From NCBI GenBank assembly GCA_036558545.1, contig DATBFJ010000074.1, forward strand, positions 24,735-88,734: a stretch of DNA of 64,000 nucleotides, in the 5' to 3' direction. A program made the translations under genes and the position numbers. Position 1 is the stretch's first letter. Each line of letters starts with the position of its first letter. Shown in pieces: positions 62,779 through 64,000 of this stretch. The notes under the pieces were generated by a model. It was not told the DNA's origin, ran no database searches, and worked only from the letters and a program-made list of their open reading frames with translations. This DNA comes from Candidatus Limnocylindrales bacterium. Its GTDB lineage: Bacteria > Chloroflexota > Limnocylindria > Limnocylindrales > CSP1-4.

Positions 62779-64000
62779 CACTGCACTTCCGTCACGCTCG
62801 CGGGCCATTCGTGAAATGCATCCCAGTGGACTGCATACCAATCCTGCGAAACAAATGGACCGTCTCCGCATTCAGCACAGAACGCACCAGACGCGGCAGG
62901 CGCGTCGTGGTCGTGCCGGGTCGCTTGGTCGGGCCGAAGGTGCTCACGATCTCCGAAGACGCCCAAGACTGAGGCTTGAGCACCTTCGGCATCTTCGAGT
63001 CCGTGGTGAGCAACTTCGACAGGCAAGATCCACTCCCAGTGCTCGTCGTCAGAGCCCGGTTGCCCAACATGGCGGGACTCGATGCGTAGCGCCGTCTTTG
63101 CCCGGCGCACGGTCGACCAGGAAATGCCGGCGCCGCGCGCGGCTTTCTCTACATCAGTAGACGGCATGCCGCCATGCCGGAGCAGGTCCAGTAGGAACGT
63201 CTCGGCCTCTCGCCGCGGCGATGCCTCCGCGCGGGCGTCAGCAGCAGCGCCGAGCAGGCGATGTGAACGTTGGGCGCTTCGCCGATCCAAGCGATGCCGG
63301 CCGTCTCAATTGGCCCCTCAGGACCATCCACCGAGCGGCTCTCGACGCGCAGTCGCAGGGCCGGCGCCTGCGCAGACAGGTTGGACTTACCGTGAGCCAC
63401 GACGCGCTCGCGGCTGTCCTCGCCGGCGTCCGGATCGGAGCCCATGACCAGGACCGATCGCGCCGCGGCGGTGAGTCCGATCGATCCACCAACGCGGCCA
63501 AACAGGTCCGTCGATACACCCTTGTTCAGATGGGCGACGCCGACCATGGCAACATCTAGTTGGTCGGCGACCCGCGCTAGTGGCGCAAGCGCACGCCTAA
63601 TTGCATGATCTCGGTGCGAGTCGAGCCCGGTGGCCAGGTGCGCCATCACCGGGTCGATCACGACGATACGTGCGTGGGCGCGTCGGATCGCGTCGGCGAG
63701 CTCCTCGACATCGTCAGGCAGGGCAATGCCGCGTTCGCCGACCGTGTCGCGGATGGTGAGGAAGCTGACGCGGGTGAGGTCCGCGCCAGCAGCCATTAGG
63801 CGCGGGACGAGCGTGTGGGCGGGGAATCCTCCGCCGAGAGGTAGAGCACGTTGACCGGCGACGCGAGATCCCCGTCGAGCTGACCCCGAGTCGCGCGAGC
63901 GGCCACCTCGACGGCCAACAACGTCTTACCCAGACCAGGCTGTCCTACAAGCAGTGAGAGCGAACCCAATGGGATGCGTTGGTCCCAGGCAAACAAAGCT
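62778..64000 (-). pseudogene. RepA-like AAA_25/RecA-fold replication ATPase with C-terminal HTH, disrupted by two frameshifts (N-terminus outside window)
   Basis: Three adjacent ORFs in three frames together cover one protein: the Walker A part LVGQPGLGKTLLAVEVAA...VLYLSAEDS (63796-63996), RLMAAGADLTRV...VVIDPVMAHL...VGVAHLNKG...IAWIGE (63290-63796), and the HTH tail FLLDLLRHGGMPSTDVEKAARGAGISWSTVRRAKTAL (62778-63290). Confidence 0.55.

Noticed and set aside
1-64000. CRISPR arrays, rRNA genes, IS elements with terminal inverted repeats
   Set aside because: I looked for regularly spaced direct repeats of 25-40 nt and found only isolated repeats (the 14.2-kb operator-like triplet and the 60.5/61.3-kb hairpins). 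There is no rRNA-like sequence and no transposase ORF.

Overview
This is a high-GC (~65-70%) chromosomal segment, probably from an actinobacterium or a related high-GC Gram-positive lineage. That call rests on a mycothiol-type Mca amidase, a Mycobacterium-like mec-cysO-cysM cluster, an MMPL transporter and S-T-A-A ECF transporter order. Coding density is high and most genes are chained by ATGA/TTGA stop-start overlaps. The window holds: (i) purine/nucleoside salvage genes (purE, an MTA/SAH nucleosidase, an IU-nucleoside hydrolase) next to a complete ECF importer; (ii) one long minus-strand operon that joins an Rrf2 regulator, sufC-sufS-sufU (no sufBD), a rhodanese-ThiF E1, cysO, cysM and the JAMM protease mec; (iii) SufT and a PduO-type cobalamin adenosyltransferase followed by an ECF sigma factor, an anti-sigma-like transmembrane protein and two further paralogous secreted proteins, all carrying SxDGxxW (BNR/Asp-box-like) beta-propeller repeats; (iv) scattered housekeeping and accessory genes (DarA-like PII protein, beta-lactamase-family hydrolase, lysine 2,3-aminomutase, zinc metalloprotease, OsmC, an MMPL fused to a CrtC/AttH-like domain, Mca, CapA, tRNA-Asp, a class III nucleotide cyclase fused to an extracytoplasmic SBP5 sensor, threonine aldolase, DUF885, cyclophilin); (v) a GlcNAc/chitooligosaccharide-type sugar locus (BadF-type kinase, NodB deacetylase, ABC transporter, GntR/HutC regulator, GH4 hydrolase); (vi) from about 57.4 kb to the window end, a lower-GC island that begins at a truncated tRNA-Arg(CCG) 5' half. 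The island carries small secreted, lipo- and membrane proteins, a HicB-like protein, a wHTH protein, a small serine recombinase and a RepA-like AAA_25 gene broken by two frameshifts, so it looks like a decaying integrative element. No CRISPR arrays or rRNA genes were found. One structured intergenic region (46.14-46.41 kb) looks like an sRNA with its own AT-rich promoter and a strong terminator. All calls come from reading six-frame translations by eye and recognising family motifs; no database search was run.
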